Source: a virus
IMG/VR virus record: IMGVR_UViG_3300008116_000004
Strand: one strand, 5' to 3'
DNA length: 64,000 nucleotides
Shown: piece by piece, positions 8,246-17,355 of the stretch
Layout: every line of letters begins with the position of its first letter
Position numbering within the stretch: the first letter of the stretch is position 1
Program-made: the position numbers and the translations under genes
Notes under the pieces: generated by a model
The model's database searches: none
What the model was told of the DNA's origin: nothing
The model's input: the letters and a program-made list of their open reading frames with translations, nothing else

Positions 8246-8473
8246 TTATTTTTCTGGAGCAAACCTATAATAAATGTCAGCTACTTTACGGATATCGTCA
8301 TTGGTACGTTCGTAACATTCTTTATCCATAATAGCAGCAACGATAAGATGAACATCGTTCTCACTATAATACTTACGAAGAACCTCTTTAAACCTATCCC
8401 AGAAATTTACTGGAATGTTAATAACTGGTTTCGTAATATTATTCTTTTTAAACTCTAGAACCGTTCCCATCAC
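8246..8473 (-). CDS. Hypothetical protein
   Basis: ORF track; the start is probably near MGTVLEF. Confidence 0.5.
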   Translation of the reverse strand: MMGTVLEFKKNNITKPVINIPVNFWDRFKEVLRKYYSENDVHLIVAAIMDKECYERTNDDIRKVADIYYRFAPEK

Positions 8474-8738
8474 CAAGAATCCTTTCAGCGTCTGCAACTG
8501 CTTGCTTTGCTAACATAAGATACAATTCTGATTCAATCATTAATGGTTTTGATGCGATATGATACACTGCATCTTCAAGAGGATTCCCCTCATTTACTTT
8601 TTGAATCGCTTGATGAGCCATTGCACGAACAAACTCATCATTTGACTCTTGTTTGATACGAAGTAAAATATCAACAAGATACTGAGTCATTGATCCAGGT
8701 GGTCCACCACGATCAGTTAAGAGTCTACGTTTGTTCAT
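8448..8738 (-). CDS. Hypothetical protein
   Basis: ORF track; TAATG coupling. Confidence 0.55.
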   Translation of the reverse strand: MNKRRLLTDRGGPPGSMTQYLVDILLRIKQESNDEFVRAMAHQAIQKVNEGNPLEDAVYHIASKPLMIESELYLMLAKQAVADAERILGDGNGSRV

Positions 8739-8977
8739 TATTCCATTCCAATAGCTGACATATAGAGTTCGAGAAGAGCTTCTTCTTCTTGACGTTCTTC
8801 TTTTGACTTACGACGAATAGAAACGAGCTTGCGAATGATCTTGGGATCATACCCTGTTGATTTTACTTCAAGATAGACACTCTTGATATCTTCAGAGATA
8901 GCTCTCTTTTCTTCTTCAAGTTTTTCGATGCGGTTAATATACTGCATCACTTCATCTTTATTTGGTCCATTGCTCAT
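8738..8977 (-). CDS. gapR: GapR/DUF2312 (UPF0335) nucleoid-associated DNA-binding protein
   Basis: YINRIEKLEEEKRAISEDIKSVYLEVKSTGYDPKIIRKLVSIRRK...EEEALLELYMSAIGM matches the family pattern. Confidence 0.9.
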   Translation of the reverse strand: MSNGPNKDEVMQYINRIEKLEEEKRAISEDIKSVYLEVKSTGYDPKIIRKLVSIRRKSKEERQEEEALLELYMSAIGME

Positions 8978-9207
8978 TGCATCATTTCCTTCGGTGGTGT
9001 AAACGGTCTTACACTATCTTTTGACTCGGCAACTGCTTCCATCATAGTATTAAATTCTTCTGGAGGCAACACTGTTTTATACAGTGACATAGTTAAGGAT
9101 AGCATAGCAGCTCCAACTACAATAGGATCATAGCGGTCTAGTATATCATTCATAAAAGATAATACTTCTGTATATGCTAACTTTAAGTCCTGATCTGAGC
9201 TATTCAT
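8974..9207 (-). CDS. Hypothetical protein
   Basis: ORF track; coupled to neighbours. Confidence 0.55.
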   Translation of the reverse strand: MNSSDQDLKLAYTEVLSFMNDILDRYDPIVVGAAMLSLTMSLYKTVLPPEEFNTMMEAVAESKDSVRPFTPPKEMMQ

Positions 9208-9412
9208 TTTCTTTAACCAGTTTTAAAGAATCGCTAGGATCAATTACATATCCTATGACTGTAAGAAAATCTCTAAATTTTTCTAACACTGCATTTACAT
9301 GTACATCAGTAGCATCAAACTCAATTGTACCTGTAGTATCTGGGAACAACTCATCATGATGTCCTGATGATTCTACTTTGAGTGTTACTTTAACTTGATA
9401 TTGTTTTTCCAT
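9200..9412 (-). CDS. Hypothetical protein
   Basis: GGAG RBS before MEKQYQ. Confidence 0.55.
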   Translation of the reverse strand: MEKQYQVKVTLKVESSGHHDELFPDTTGTIEFDATDVHVNAVLEKFRDFLTVIGYVIDPSDSLKLVKENE

Positions 9413-9438
9413 CTTTATCTCCAAAGAAGGGAGACGGC

Positions 9439-10374
9439 TTACGCCGCCTCCGCATAAGAAATTGCCTTGTTAAGAGCAGTGATCTTACGTTGACGATTCT
9501 GACCATACCATGAAGACTGCATACGAGACTCGTTTGTATGACCGAGAACGTGATCAGTAGTATAAGTTACAGCATTAAAAGCATTCCACCATGAACCAGG
9601 AGCAAAATCTGCGCCAGGCTGTGTATCTACTACTGACAATACAGTTTCTGCTGGACGTGACATAACATCCTTGTTTTCCTTCGAAAGAGAAGGAAAGAGC
9701 TCACGGAGGTAGTTGTGAAGTGTTTCTTCACTGTAACGCTTAGATGAAAGAAACTCTGCAGCTTCTTTATAAGTAGACATCTTATTATTAGCAATACCTA
9801 GAGTACGTTTAACCAGTTCCCCATCAAAACTACGGCGATGATTGAGACGTACAACGAGGTCACTAGAAGAACCAAGAGCGAGAGTAAGCGTATTATTACA
9901 TACCACCCGAATTGGAGTAAAGCGAATATCAATGGAGCGACCATACTCATGAGGATTGCTAAAAAGAAGATAGCTGTCAACTTTGTCTCCACCAAGAATC
10001 TCAAACGATTCATTTACCTTTGCAAGAGCCCAAACATTCTTACCTTCACGTAATGAACCTGCTGTATGCATTTTCATATTGCCTTCCATAACAAAGTCAT
10101 GAAAGAAATCAAACGCTTCGTGATTCTGTACTGGGTTCCATTCACCTGATACTACTGAGAGAACTTTACCATCAGAAGAACGAACAAGAGCAGAATCTTC
10201 TGTAGGAATCTTCTGACCGTTATAGTCAATATAAGTAGGAACTTTATCGACAGTCCAATCAAGACCTGCCTTCTCAAGCATCTGAGCAGGAGTCAAATCA
10301 TCTAATACTTTAATACCAAGACCGTGCCAAGGAACTTCACCAGCATATGCCATGCTTTCTACCAAATGTGCCAT
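9439..10374 (-). CDS. DUF932 (phage/plasmid TIGR03299-like) protein
   Basis: MAYAGEVPWHGLG, AGLDWTV, PVQNHEAFDFF, TPIRVVCNNTL, WNAFNAVT. Confidence 0.88.
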   Translation of the reverse strand: MAHLVESMAYAGEVPWHGLGIKVLDDLTPAQMLEKAGLDWTVDKVPTYIDYNGQKIPTEDSALVRSSDGKVLSVVSGEWNPVQNHEAFDFFHDFVMEGNMKMHTAGSLREGKNVWALAKVNESFEILGGDKVDSYLLFSNPHEYGRSIDIRFTPIRVVCNNTLTLALGSSSDLVVRLNHRRSFDGELVKRTLGIANNKMSTYKEAAEFLSSKRYSEETLHNYLRELFPSLSKENKDVMSRPAETVLSVVDTQPGADFAPGSWWNAFNAVTYTTDHVLGHTNESRMQSSWYGQNRQRKITALNKAISYAEAA

Positions 10375-10415
10375 TTCACTTCTCCATTTTAAAATTGGTC
10401 ACAATTCACATTATT

Positions 10416-10444
10416 ATAGTAGGCTGTTTTTTTAATTTAAGCAA
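10416..10444 (-). promoter_or_regulatory. Sigma70-like early promoter
   Basis: TTGCTT-N17-TACTAT upstream of the DUF932 gene. Confidence 0.6.
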
Positions 10445-10991
10445 CTGTTTTTTCTAAAACAGTAAAACCGTTGTTTTCAGTCGTATGGTAATTTACGACC
10501 CATTCTCTATGTTCCTTAAGAAACTCTAGAATTGCGGGAAGAAGACCTTTACCGTCTTGGCAGGTACAACCATAAGTGTGTGTATCATGAAAAGCAATAT
10601 ACTTATTTACTTTCATGTGATGACGTTCTAATTCATGTTTTACTTGGGAATAGCTATGATCTGTATCTATGAATAAAAGATCAGTCTGTTCTATATCAAT
10701 ATGTAAAGTATTTCCAATTGAATACTTAACATCACGACCTTGACTGCCAGCAAGGTTAAACAATTCTTGTACTTTAGGATCAATAAAAAGATCATAAGAG
10801 CGTACTACTGGAGCATTAGATGCAAGTATAGCTCTTGTAGATTGACCTTCTCTAACACCAAATTCTGTAACATGATTACAGAGACTAGCAATCCCTCTCA
10901 AAAGAGGAAGATGCTGGTTAATATCGGTTGGCGTTAAACACGCAATTTCAAATTCATCTAATAATGTAAGGCTCATAATATTCTCAATCAC
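10437..10991 (-). CDS. Class I SAM-dependent methyltransferase (Methyltransf_24-like)
   Basis: EFGVREGQST, DLLFIDTDHSY, IAFHDT motifs. Confidence 0.8.
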   Translation of the reverse strand: MIENIMSLTLLDEFEIACLTPTDINQHLPLLRGIASLCNHVTEFGVREGQSTRAILASNAPVVRSYDLFIDPKVQELFNLAGSQGRDVKYSIGNTLHIDIEQTDLLFIDTDHSYSQVKHELERHHMKVNKYIAFHDTHTYGCTCQDGKGLLPAILEFLKEHREWVVNYHTTENNGFTVLEKTVA

Positions 10992-11286
10992 AGATTACTT
11001 GATACTGATTTACCCAGCGCCAACCATTCCAGTATGAACCCATGAATACATTTTGACATACAGGTTGATAGCGATAAGACTGCTGATAATATCCTTGTTG
11101 AGTATTCATCATAAGACCACCTATAATAAGACCACCCACAAGAGGTGCTACCCAGTTATTATTACCTCCATGGTAGTGATGGTTATGATGTCTAGGTGCA
11201 TGATGATGTCTTTGCCATTCACCTGCTTGTGCAGAAGTAGAAAATATTGTTAAAGCGGTTAATGCACTTAAAAATAATTTACGCAT
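10984..11286 (-). CDS. Secreted His-rich BA14K-like protein
   Basis: Start MRKLF at 11286; signal peptide, HHHAPRHHNHHYH, GGLIIGG hydrophobic segment, Y/Q-rich linker, two Cys. Confidence 0.55.
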   Translation of the reverse strand: MRKLFLSALTALTIFSTSAQAGEWQRHHHAPRHHNHHYHGGNNNWVAPLVGGLIIGGLMMNTQQGYYQQSYRYQPVCQNVFMGSYWNGWRWVNQYQVICD

Positions 11287-11407
11287 GTCTTTTCTCCAGA
11301 CGTTTACGATCGTAAGAGCCTTTACCCTTACACGCACGGATAACTCTCGGGCGGTATTTTCGTTCCGAGAGCTCTCTAGCAAAGATGTTTTTTACTGCTG
11401 TTTTCAT
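11279..11407 (-). CDS. arfA: ArfA-like alternative ribosome-rescue factor (42 aa)
   Basis: KNIFARELSERKYRPRVIRACKGKGSYDRK aligns without gaps to the E. coli ArfA core [30 protein letters not shown] (recalled sequence). Confidence 0.7.
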   Translation of the reverse strand: MKTAVKNIFARELSERKYRPRVIRACKGKGSYDRKRLEKRHA

Positions 11408-11413
11408 AATATT

Positions 11414-11442
11414 AATATAGTATTTTTTTGAAAAAAATGCAA
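11414..11442 (-). promoter_or_regulatory. Sigma70-like early promoter
   Basis: TTGCAT-N17-TATATT, a few nt upstream of the ArfA-like ATG. Confidence 0.65.
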
Positions 11443-11455
11443 CTAAAAAAATATC

Positions 11456-11474
11456 CAATGATTTCAATGAGTTA
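11456..11474. repeat. Dispersed motif CAATGATTTCAATNNGTTA, copy 1
   Basis: Other copies start at 20928, 31811, 31844 and 31870. Confidence 0.8.
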
Positions 11475-11876
11475 GTACTTGGATCCTATGGTATATTTTG
11501 CTACTAGATTCCACTTATCTTTTTCTTTAAAAGGAATAATTTTTATTTGATTAAGGGGAGCTTCTGGTGTTTCTGTTTTATTATAATCTACCTGCTCGAT
11601 CAACTCCCATTCATCTAATAAATTAACTATTCTATTACGTCTTGCAATATCACCTTCAGAAAGATCAGCTTGTTTACCATCTAGTAAAAACAATTCTTTG
11701 AAATGCACAATATAATACTTACCTTGTTTGTGCAAGATATGACAGGATTGATATAATGTGTTTTCCTTTTTAGATGCAAGACCTATGCGAGAAAGTGTCT
11801 CTTTTACTTTTAGAAAATCTTCTGGACTTCTAAGTCTCACTTCCACCAGCTGGTTTATGTTGAACATGATTACCAC
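11472..11876 (-). CDS. regA: RegA translational repressor
   Basis: DFLKVKETLSRIG, LYQSCHILHKQGKYYIVHFKELF, WNLVAKYTIG. Confidence 0.95.
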   Translation of the reverse strand: MVIMFNINQLVEVRLRSPEDFLKVKETLSRIGLASKKENTLYQSCHILHKQGKYYIVHFKELFLLDGKQADLSEGDIARRNRIVNLLDEWELIEQVDYNKTETPEAPLNQIKIIPFKEKDKWNLVAKYTIGSKY

Positions 11877-12252
11877 CTTTTATTATTTTTGTTTTTATAT
11901 GGTCAATCTGCTCTCTAGTCAGAACTTTACTGATCTCAAGAGCTCTGTTATAATTCACCTTATAATATTCTTGTATACTTTCTACGTCAGAACTCTCAAC
12001 AGGCTTTGCCCATTTTGAAAATCTCTTAGAAACTCGTATACTATTTAGGTAATAATCATTTTGTAGTATAGAATCCACGTGATTTGCACGATTCATCTCA
12101 TTAGCATATAGAACTGTATCAACATAATAAGAAAGAGCCCTGTTCACGAGGAAAGGGCTATAATCTTTTTCGGCTAAAGTTGGATTTTCGCTATTTCTAA
12201 TTAGATCTTTTTTACTAATATTAATAGCGTTAACATATTCAAAAGGGTTCAT
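11830..12252 (-). CDS. Clamp loader small subunit gp62
   Basis: YSPFLVNRALS, ANEMN, KRFSKWAK; lies between gp44 and regA. Confidence 0.92.
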   Translation of the reverse strand: MNPFEYVNAINISKKDLIRNSENPTLAEKDYSPFLVNRALSYYVDTVLYANEMNRANHVDSILQNDYYLNSIRVSKRFSKWAKPVESSDVESIQEYYKVNYNRALEISKVLTREQIDHIKTKIIKGGNHVQHKPAGGSET

Positions 12253-13184
12253 AGAAACTCCAATGATACCATAACTTCTGTTAAAAATGCAGCTGTGTTA
12301 ATTTCTGGATCAGCAACAAAAGCTGCTTGATATTGGTATTTTGCAATCAATACTACTAGCTCTGGAATGCTAGCCGGTTTAACATAATTATAGGCTTGAT
12401 CATAGAACTTCCTAAACAGCTGCGCAGAATCTGTATCTGAGTTTTCTCCAACCCATTTACGCATCTCACTAAAGTTCTTTGCCTTAATATAACCAATAAG
12501 AGTCTTAAGATTCTCATCAGCAAGATTAACAAAGATACCAGAATCAATCTTACCGTTTACTGAGTATCTTTGTAGTTCATTAAGCACACGACGCCAATCA
12601 GGCACATGCTTATTAATAAGCTCAGCAACAACAGCTTTATCATATTCTACCCCTTCTTTAGAAAGTATTCCCACTGTTCTTTTAAAAAATTGAACTGCAA
12701 GTCTAGGTAGATCGTCTTTGGAAATTTTGAAGTCAACCACGGAGCAACGTGAGTGTAATGGTTCAATGATGCGGTGCTTGAAGTTACACGTGAGTATGAA
12801 GCCGCAGTTCCTTGAGAACTCTTCCATAAAATTGCGTAGAGCTGGCTGTGTAGAGTTGGCGTTAAGGTAGTCGGCTTCGTCGAGGATGACATACTTTCTT
12901 CCCCCACCAAAAGATACCGAGGAAGCAAATTGTTGGATGTCGTTCCGGAGTGTGTCAATATTACCATTCATCGATCCATTGATAACAATATAGTCAGCAC
13001 CAATCTGTTCTAACATAGCTTTAGCAACTGTTGTCTTACCAACACCAGCTGAACCAGTAAGAAGAAGATTAGGTATATTTCCGCTATCTATAAAAGAGCT
13101 GAAGGTCTGCTTGAGACCTTCAGGAAGTATACAATCATTAATTGTCTTTGGTCGATACTTTTCGACCCAGAGAAATTCATCCAT
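12249..13184 (-). CDS. Clamp loader large subunit gp44
   Basis: LWVEKYRP, GSAGVGKTT, ILDEADYL, EPLHSRC. Confidence 0.96.
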   Translation of the reverse strand: MDEFLWVEKYRPKTINDCILPEGLKQTFSSFIDSGNIPNLLLTGSAGVGKTTVAKAMLEQIGADYIVINGSMNGNIDTLRNDIQQFASSVSFGGGRKYVILDEADYLNANSTQPALRNFMEEFSRNCGFILTCNFKHRIIEPLHSRCSVVDFKISKDDLPRLAVQFFKRTVGILSKEGVEYDKAVVAELINKHVPDWRRVLNELQRYSVNGKIDSGIFVNLADENLKTLIGYIKAKNFSEMRKWVGENSDTDSAQLFRKFYDQAYNYVKPASIPELVVLIAKYQYQAAFVADPEINTAAFLTEVMVSLEFL

Positions 13185-13186
13185 AG

Positions 13187-13852
13187 TTACCCACCATACG
13201 AACTAGATGCTTCAGTCATGACAAAGTAAATAGTATTGCCTGTTGACCATTTCGATATACCACGTGATGTTATTTTAACATCATAGTTAGATGAAATCAA
13301 CTTAACAATGTTTTCTACTTTAAAGAACATATTAAATGTCTTATCAGTAGTACCTACTTCAATACTGAATACATCTGTTGTTGGGTTTTTAGAATTAGTA
13401 GCAGTGATTGTAATGGTATGCCCATCACCAATCACTGCAATTTCCGGAAGCTGAAGAACGCTAGTAGCCCTTACGACTCTCTGCAATTCATCTTGAGAAA
13501 TGGAGAACTCAATATCAGCTCCCGGAAAACTTATCTCTTTATTAGGATCTGGTGCAACAATCATAGAAGGATCAGCATATGTGTAATTAACTGACTGACG
13601 TCCAGATACAATTCTTACTTGCTTATCACTAAAATCTAACTCAGGTTCTTTAAATAGCGATACAATACCAAGAAACTTTGCAAGTTCATAGATAGCAAAT
13701 TGTTGAGGAAAAGTTTCTTCCACAATTGCTTTAGCAAAGATATTCTTAGATGGTGAAATAGTAGTAATACTATTACCAGGTGCTACCAAGAGTGATGGAT
13801 TGATAGTAGAGAAGTTTTTAAGAATATTAATAGTAGCTTCACTTAATTTCAT
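13187..13852 (-). CDS. Sliding clamp gp45
   Basis: MKLSEATINILKNFSTINPS, FAIYELAKFL; T4 synteny. Confidence 0.93.
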   Translation of the reverse strand: MKLSEATINILKNFSTINPSLLVAPGNSITTISPSKNIFAKAIVEETFPQQFAIYELAKFLGIVSLFKEPELDFSDKQVRIVSGRQSVNYTYADPSMIVAPDPNKEISFPGADIEFSISQDELQRVVRATSVLQLPEIAVIGDGHTITITATNSKNPTTDVFSIEVGTTDKTFNMFFKVENIVKLISSNYDVKITSRGISKWSTGNTIYFVMTEASSSYGG

Positions 13853-13866
13853 AATATAAATTTCCT

Positions 13867-14925
13867 TTAACCAATCTTTTTAAACTTCTTGAGAAGGTTT
13901 GGATCAGCTGATCCCATTGGTACTGGTTGAGGTGCTGCAGGTGCGTTACCTGCACGTTGTTTTTTAATGAGTTCTGCATCTGCAGTTGCTGATGCACCAA
14001 TAGAAGCTAGTGCTGGCAATTTGCCACCAAACACATATGAGCCTGAATGTTGTAGATGCATCCATGGACACAACCATACCTTCATGCCAGCCTTGCGTAC
14101 ATTCTGACAGAACAGATAATCTTCAGAAAGATAGCGATCTGTTGAAGAATTAATCTTTGATTGTGCTTCTGCTAATGCATCAGATACTTCTTTACTAGGA
14201 ACTGATTCACCTGAAGCAATACGCTTAAGAAGTTCTTCATATTTTTTAATAGGATTGTGACGATCAACTTCAGCTTGGAAATACATACCGATCTTACGTG
14301 AACCATCAAACGCTTCTGTACGAACATGATCTGGTTTATACATAATTTCTGGATAAGCAGCAAGATACTTCTTAAAAGTATCCTTACGAATCATCATAAA
14401 CCCAGTACCAGTTTCTAGCACTTGTGCAGGTTCATCTAAACGAATAACTCTTGATGAAGGATCATTCTCATCAATTGCAGGGTTAAATACAAAGTCACCA
14501 ACAAAATCTTCAAGTACATTAGGGTTTTGATCAGCTACACCTTTATCAACTGCCTGTTTAATCTTTTCCCAAGTAATACACTTCTTAGGATAAGGAGCTG
14601 CAATAACATCATATTCTGACTCTGGTGTCTGTAATGCCATCATAGCAATAACATCTTGTGGATTGAATCCAATGTCTGAGTCAATAAACAGGAGGTGCTC
14701 TGAATCTGAACGAATAAATTCATCTGCACAATAATTGCGTGCACGTGTGATCAATGATTCGTTAAACAAAAAGTATGAACGCACTTCAATGCCATACTTA
14801 ACACAGAGTGCAGTAAGATCACACATAGAACGTGTATACATCCCACCTGCCATACCACCATACATCGGTGTTGCTACAAACAACTTACGCTTTCTAAGCG
14901 CTTCTATATCAATTTTAATTTCCAT
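13867..14925 (-). CDS. GT-A-fold glycosyltransferase-like protein
   Basis: VATPMYGG, NESLITRARN, LLFIDSDIGF (DxD), GTGFMMI, YLSEDYLFC, LQHSGSY. Confidence 0.72.
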   Translation of the reverse strand: MEIKIDIEALRKRKLFVATPMYGGMAGGMYTRSMCDLTALCVKYGIEVRSYFLFNESLITRARNYCADEFIRSDSEHLLFIDSDIGFNPQDVIAMMALQTPESEYDVIAAPYPKKCITWEKIKQAVDKGVADQNPNVLEDFVGDFVFNPAIDENDPSSRVIRLDEPAQVLETGTGFMMIRKDTFKKYLAAYPEIMYKPDHVRTEAFDGSRKIGMYFQAEVDRHNPIKKYEELLKRIASGESVPSKEVSDALAEAQSKINSSTDRYLSEDYLFCQNVRKAGMKVWLCPWMHLQHSGSYVFGGKLPALASIGASATADAELIKKQRAGNAPAAPQPVPMGSADPNLLKKFKKIG

Positions 14926-14939
14926 TTTTTATTTCCTTA

Positions 14940-15158
14940 TTACCACGAACCATCATCAATGATGAATTCTATTCTAAACATTAATAGTCTAATAATTAAC
15001 TGATGCATCTTAGGGTTAAAATCATCAGGTCTCCTATAATTAAAATCTAAACCCCAGCTTATAGGATTAAGAATAAACATAATTGATAAATTTGACCACC
15101 TAAGATAATTAAGTATACTTTTGATCATGCGCTTTGCCAATACCATAATCACCATCAT
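14940..15158 (-). CDS. Hypothetical protein
   Basis: ORF filling the gap; start uncertain. Confidence 0.45.
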   Translation of the reverse strand: MMVIMVLAKRMIKSILNYLRWSNLSIMFILNPISWGLDFNYRRPDDFNPKMHQLIIRLLMFRIEFIIDDGSW

Positions 15159-15615
15159 ACTTCTTTAGTGATTGCGACTTAAAGAGAAGGAACTGACCTA
15201 CACGAGTTCCTTTCTTAATCTTTGCAGGTGCTGTTACATGGAGAGCACCTGCCATAACGCCATGATAGCCAGAATCGTATAGACCACTAGTAATAAACAA
15301 ACCATTGCGATTAAGGGTTGATCTAGTAATAACCCAGCCAGCCTCGTCAGATCCAACCTGGATAATATTTTCCATAATGATCTCATATGAGCCAGGATTG
15401 AGGTACCAATAACCTTCATTATCTGGATTGAGTTCTGTAGAACCTCTATGCTGTTTAGTTTCTTTGCCATTCTCTTCACCAATAACAAATGTCTTATCAA
15501 GATCCATTCTAAAGATCTTTTCCACCCGGAGGTCTACTGCATTAGGTTGAATATCAGTTAACTCTACATTAGTAAGAGTAGATTGAGTATCTTGTGCTGC
15601 AATATGTATCATCAT
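15109..15615 (-). CDS. Trimeric dCTP deaminase/dUTPase-family protein
   Basis: IQPNAVDLR, TRSTLNRNG, GLYDSGYHG, RVGQFL. Confidence 0.85.
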   Translation of the reverse strand: MMIHIAAQDTQSTLTNVELTDIQPNAVDLRVEKIFRMDLDKTFVIGEENGKETKQHRGSTELNPDNEGYWYLNPGSYEIIMENIIQVGSDEAGWVITRSTLNRNGLFITSGLYDSGYHGVMAGALHVTAPAKIKKGTRVGQFLLFKSQSLKKYDGDYGIGKAHDQKYT

Positions 15616-16256
15616 GAAGCTTCATCCATAAAAAAATAAGGGTTTTCAAATGTATCAAAATGTCCTACAATCTCCATCATAGGCTGTCCTGGAATAAATT
15701 GCCAGATATAATTTGGTTCTAACGGTCTCGAACCAGTAAATTTAGTAGATGATATATTACCTTGCTCATCAATAAACATAGGAGATATTTCATTACGAAA
15801 GAGTTGTAAACCTACCCCATCTTCATAGTATAGACAAGAAAACGTACCATCAATATTGTTTAAGTTTTTTGTATACTTGTATTTGTGTAGTATGAGATAT
15901 GTATCCCATGTAATATATCCTAATGCTGCACCTGAACTTTCAATAAACTTTTTAATCCAGTTATCTTTAATAATACCATTATGCCAAAGATAATGATTAC
16001 CTATATTAGCTGGGTGTATAGAATTCTCTGATTTATTATCTGTTGTAGGTGCTTGCATATGAGCAATACAATATTGCCCTTCTGGTATATTTACATCGTA
16101 AATAGGAAATAATCCTAATGCTTTTTGCATATATGTAATACGTTTAATTTTAGGATCATAGTAAGAAAATGAATAAGAATGCCCACCCCTGTATGCATTA
16201 AGCATAGCAAGTTCTACTATTTTACCTTTATCGAAACTTCCAAATATACTACACAT
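15612..16256 (-). CDS. Class II (Ntn) glutamine amidotransferase
   Basis: True start MCSIFGS gives an N-terminal Cys nucleophile; YRGGHSYS, HMQAPT, SIHP, LWHNGII, WDT. Confidence 0.85.
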   Translation of the reverse strand: MCSIFGSFDKGKIVELAMLNAYRGGHSYSFSYYDPKIKRITYMQKALGLFPIYDVNIPEGQYCIAHMQAPTTDNKSENSIHPANIGNHYLWHNGIIKDNWIKKFIESSGAALGYITWDTYLILHKYKYTKNLNNIDGTFSCLYYEDGVGLQLFRNEISPMFIDEQGNISSTKFTGSRPLEPNYIWQFIPGQPMMEIVGHFDTFENPYFFMDEAS

Positions 16257-17029
16257 CATAGGCCTAGAGAATTGTAAGGTAAATATTTTTCCCAATCAAT
16301 AGGAGGGTTATACGGAATAGGATCTTTTACCCTTGCTTTAATGAAGTTAGCAATTCGTTCAGAGCATGAAGGACATTTTCCGCAAGAGTTGCCATTTTCA
16401 TCAGGGTTATAGCAAGTAAGTGTGTAATCAAATCTAACATTACCTAACTCCTGTGCAATCATAATCTCATCATACTTAGAGAGCAAACTAAAAGGTGCTT
16501 CTAGTTTTACTTTATGTGTACGATTTTGATCTGCAACTGCATTCATACAATCAACAAACTTCTGAGTTGTATCCCAATAACCATATTCATCATGTACTTG
16601 TAACCCAGTAAACACATGAGATGCTTTGTTTGATTCTGCAAATGAAAATGCTAGTGCATTAAGAATCATATTGCGGAACGGTACATAGGTTTTAGGTTGT
16701 GGATCTCCAAGAACTTCTTTGATGGTTGGCATAGCCACGTCAGTGCCGCCGATATTTGCACTGACATCCTTTACAATATCACCAAGAATTCCAAGATCCA
16801 ATACTTTATGAGCAATACCAAGATGTTGACACGTTTTAGCAGCCATCTCAAGCTCTTTTACTTGCTTCTGTCCATAATTATATGATAAAGCAAACACTCT
16901 ATTATTGCCATACTTTTTAACAAGTATGTAAGTCATAATTGTAGAATCTAGACCACCAGAAAGAACTGATACTACATTTTGATCTGTATCAGGTAACTTA
17001 CTTAATGCTTCGTTCATATTCATTTGCAA
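16256..17029 (-). CDS. queC: 7-cyano-7-deazaguanine (preQ0) synthase QueC
   Basis: SGGLDS, YNYGQKQ, TYVPFRN, TLTCY...CGKCPSCSER. Confidence 0.95.
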   Translation of the reverse strand: MQMNMNEALSKLPDTDQNVVSVLSGGLDSTIMTYILVKKYGNNRVFALSYNYGQKQVKELEMAAKTCQHLGIAHKVLDLGILGDIVKDVSANIGGTDVAMPTIKEVLGDPQPKTYVPFRNMILNALAFSFAESNKASHVFTGLQVHDEYGYWDTTQKFVDCMNAVADQNRTHKVKLEAPFSLLSKYDEIMIAQELGNVRFDYTLTCYNPDENGNSCGKCPSCSERIANFIKARVKDPIPYNPPIDWEKYLPYNSLGL

Positions 17030-17354
17030 TTTCTTCCTGTAAATACCACATTGCTTTGTGTAAATCTTCTAGACGCTTTGCTGGATCTTTTTTACCTGCT
17101 CGTGCAACATACTTAACTACATTACCGAGTGAGAAGCTTAACTCCCACGCACGAATAACTTTAATGACTTCATATGGATTATCTTTACCACCATAATGAT
17201 CTGGGTGATTTACTGCCTCTTTTTTACGAGTAGTCTCTCTATGAACTGGTTGATGTACAACTTCTTTTTCTGTTGCAGGTTGTACAGCAGGTATAACCGG
17301 TCTTGCTGGAACACTACCACTAGTAATTATACTACCACCTGTTTTAATAGCCAT
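16998..17354 (-). CDS. DUF3310 protein (T7 gp1.7-like nucleotide kinase family)
   Basis: VNHPDHY, EVIKVI, LGNVVKYVARAGKK, EDLHKAMWYL. Confidence 0.85.
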   Translation of the reverse strand: MAIKTGGSIITSGSVPARPVIPAVQPATEKEVVHQPVHRETTRKKEAVNHPDHYGGKDNPYEVIKVIRAWELSFSLGNVVKYVARAGKKDPAKRLEDLHKAMWYLQEEIANEYERSIK

Positions 17355-17355
17355 A

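Noticed and set aside
10437-10991. Methyltransferase as a DNA methylase or part of the deazaguanine pathway
   Set aside because: No DPPY/NPPY or PC motif; it is separated from the cluster by replication genes and lies in another transcription unit.
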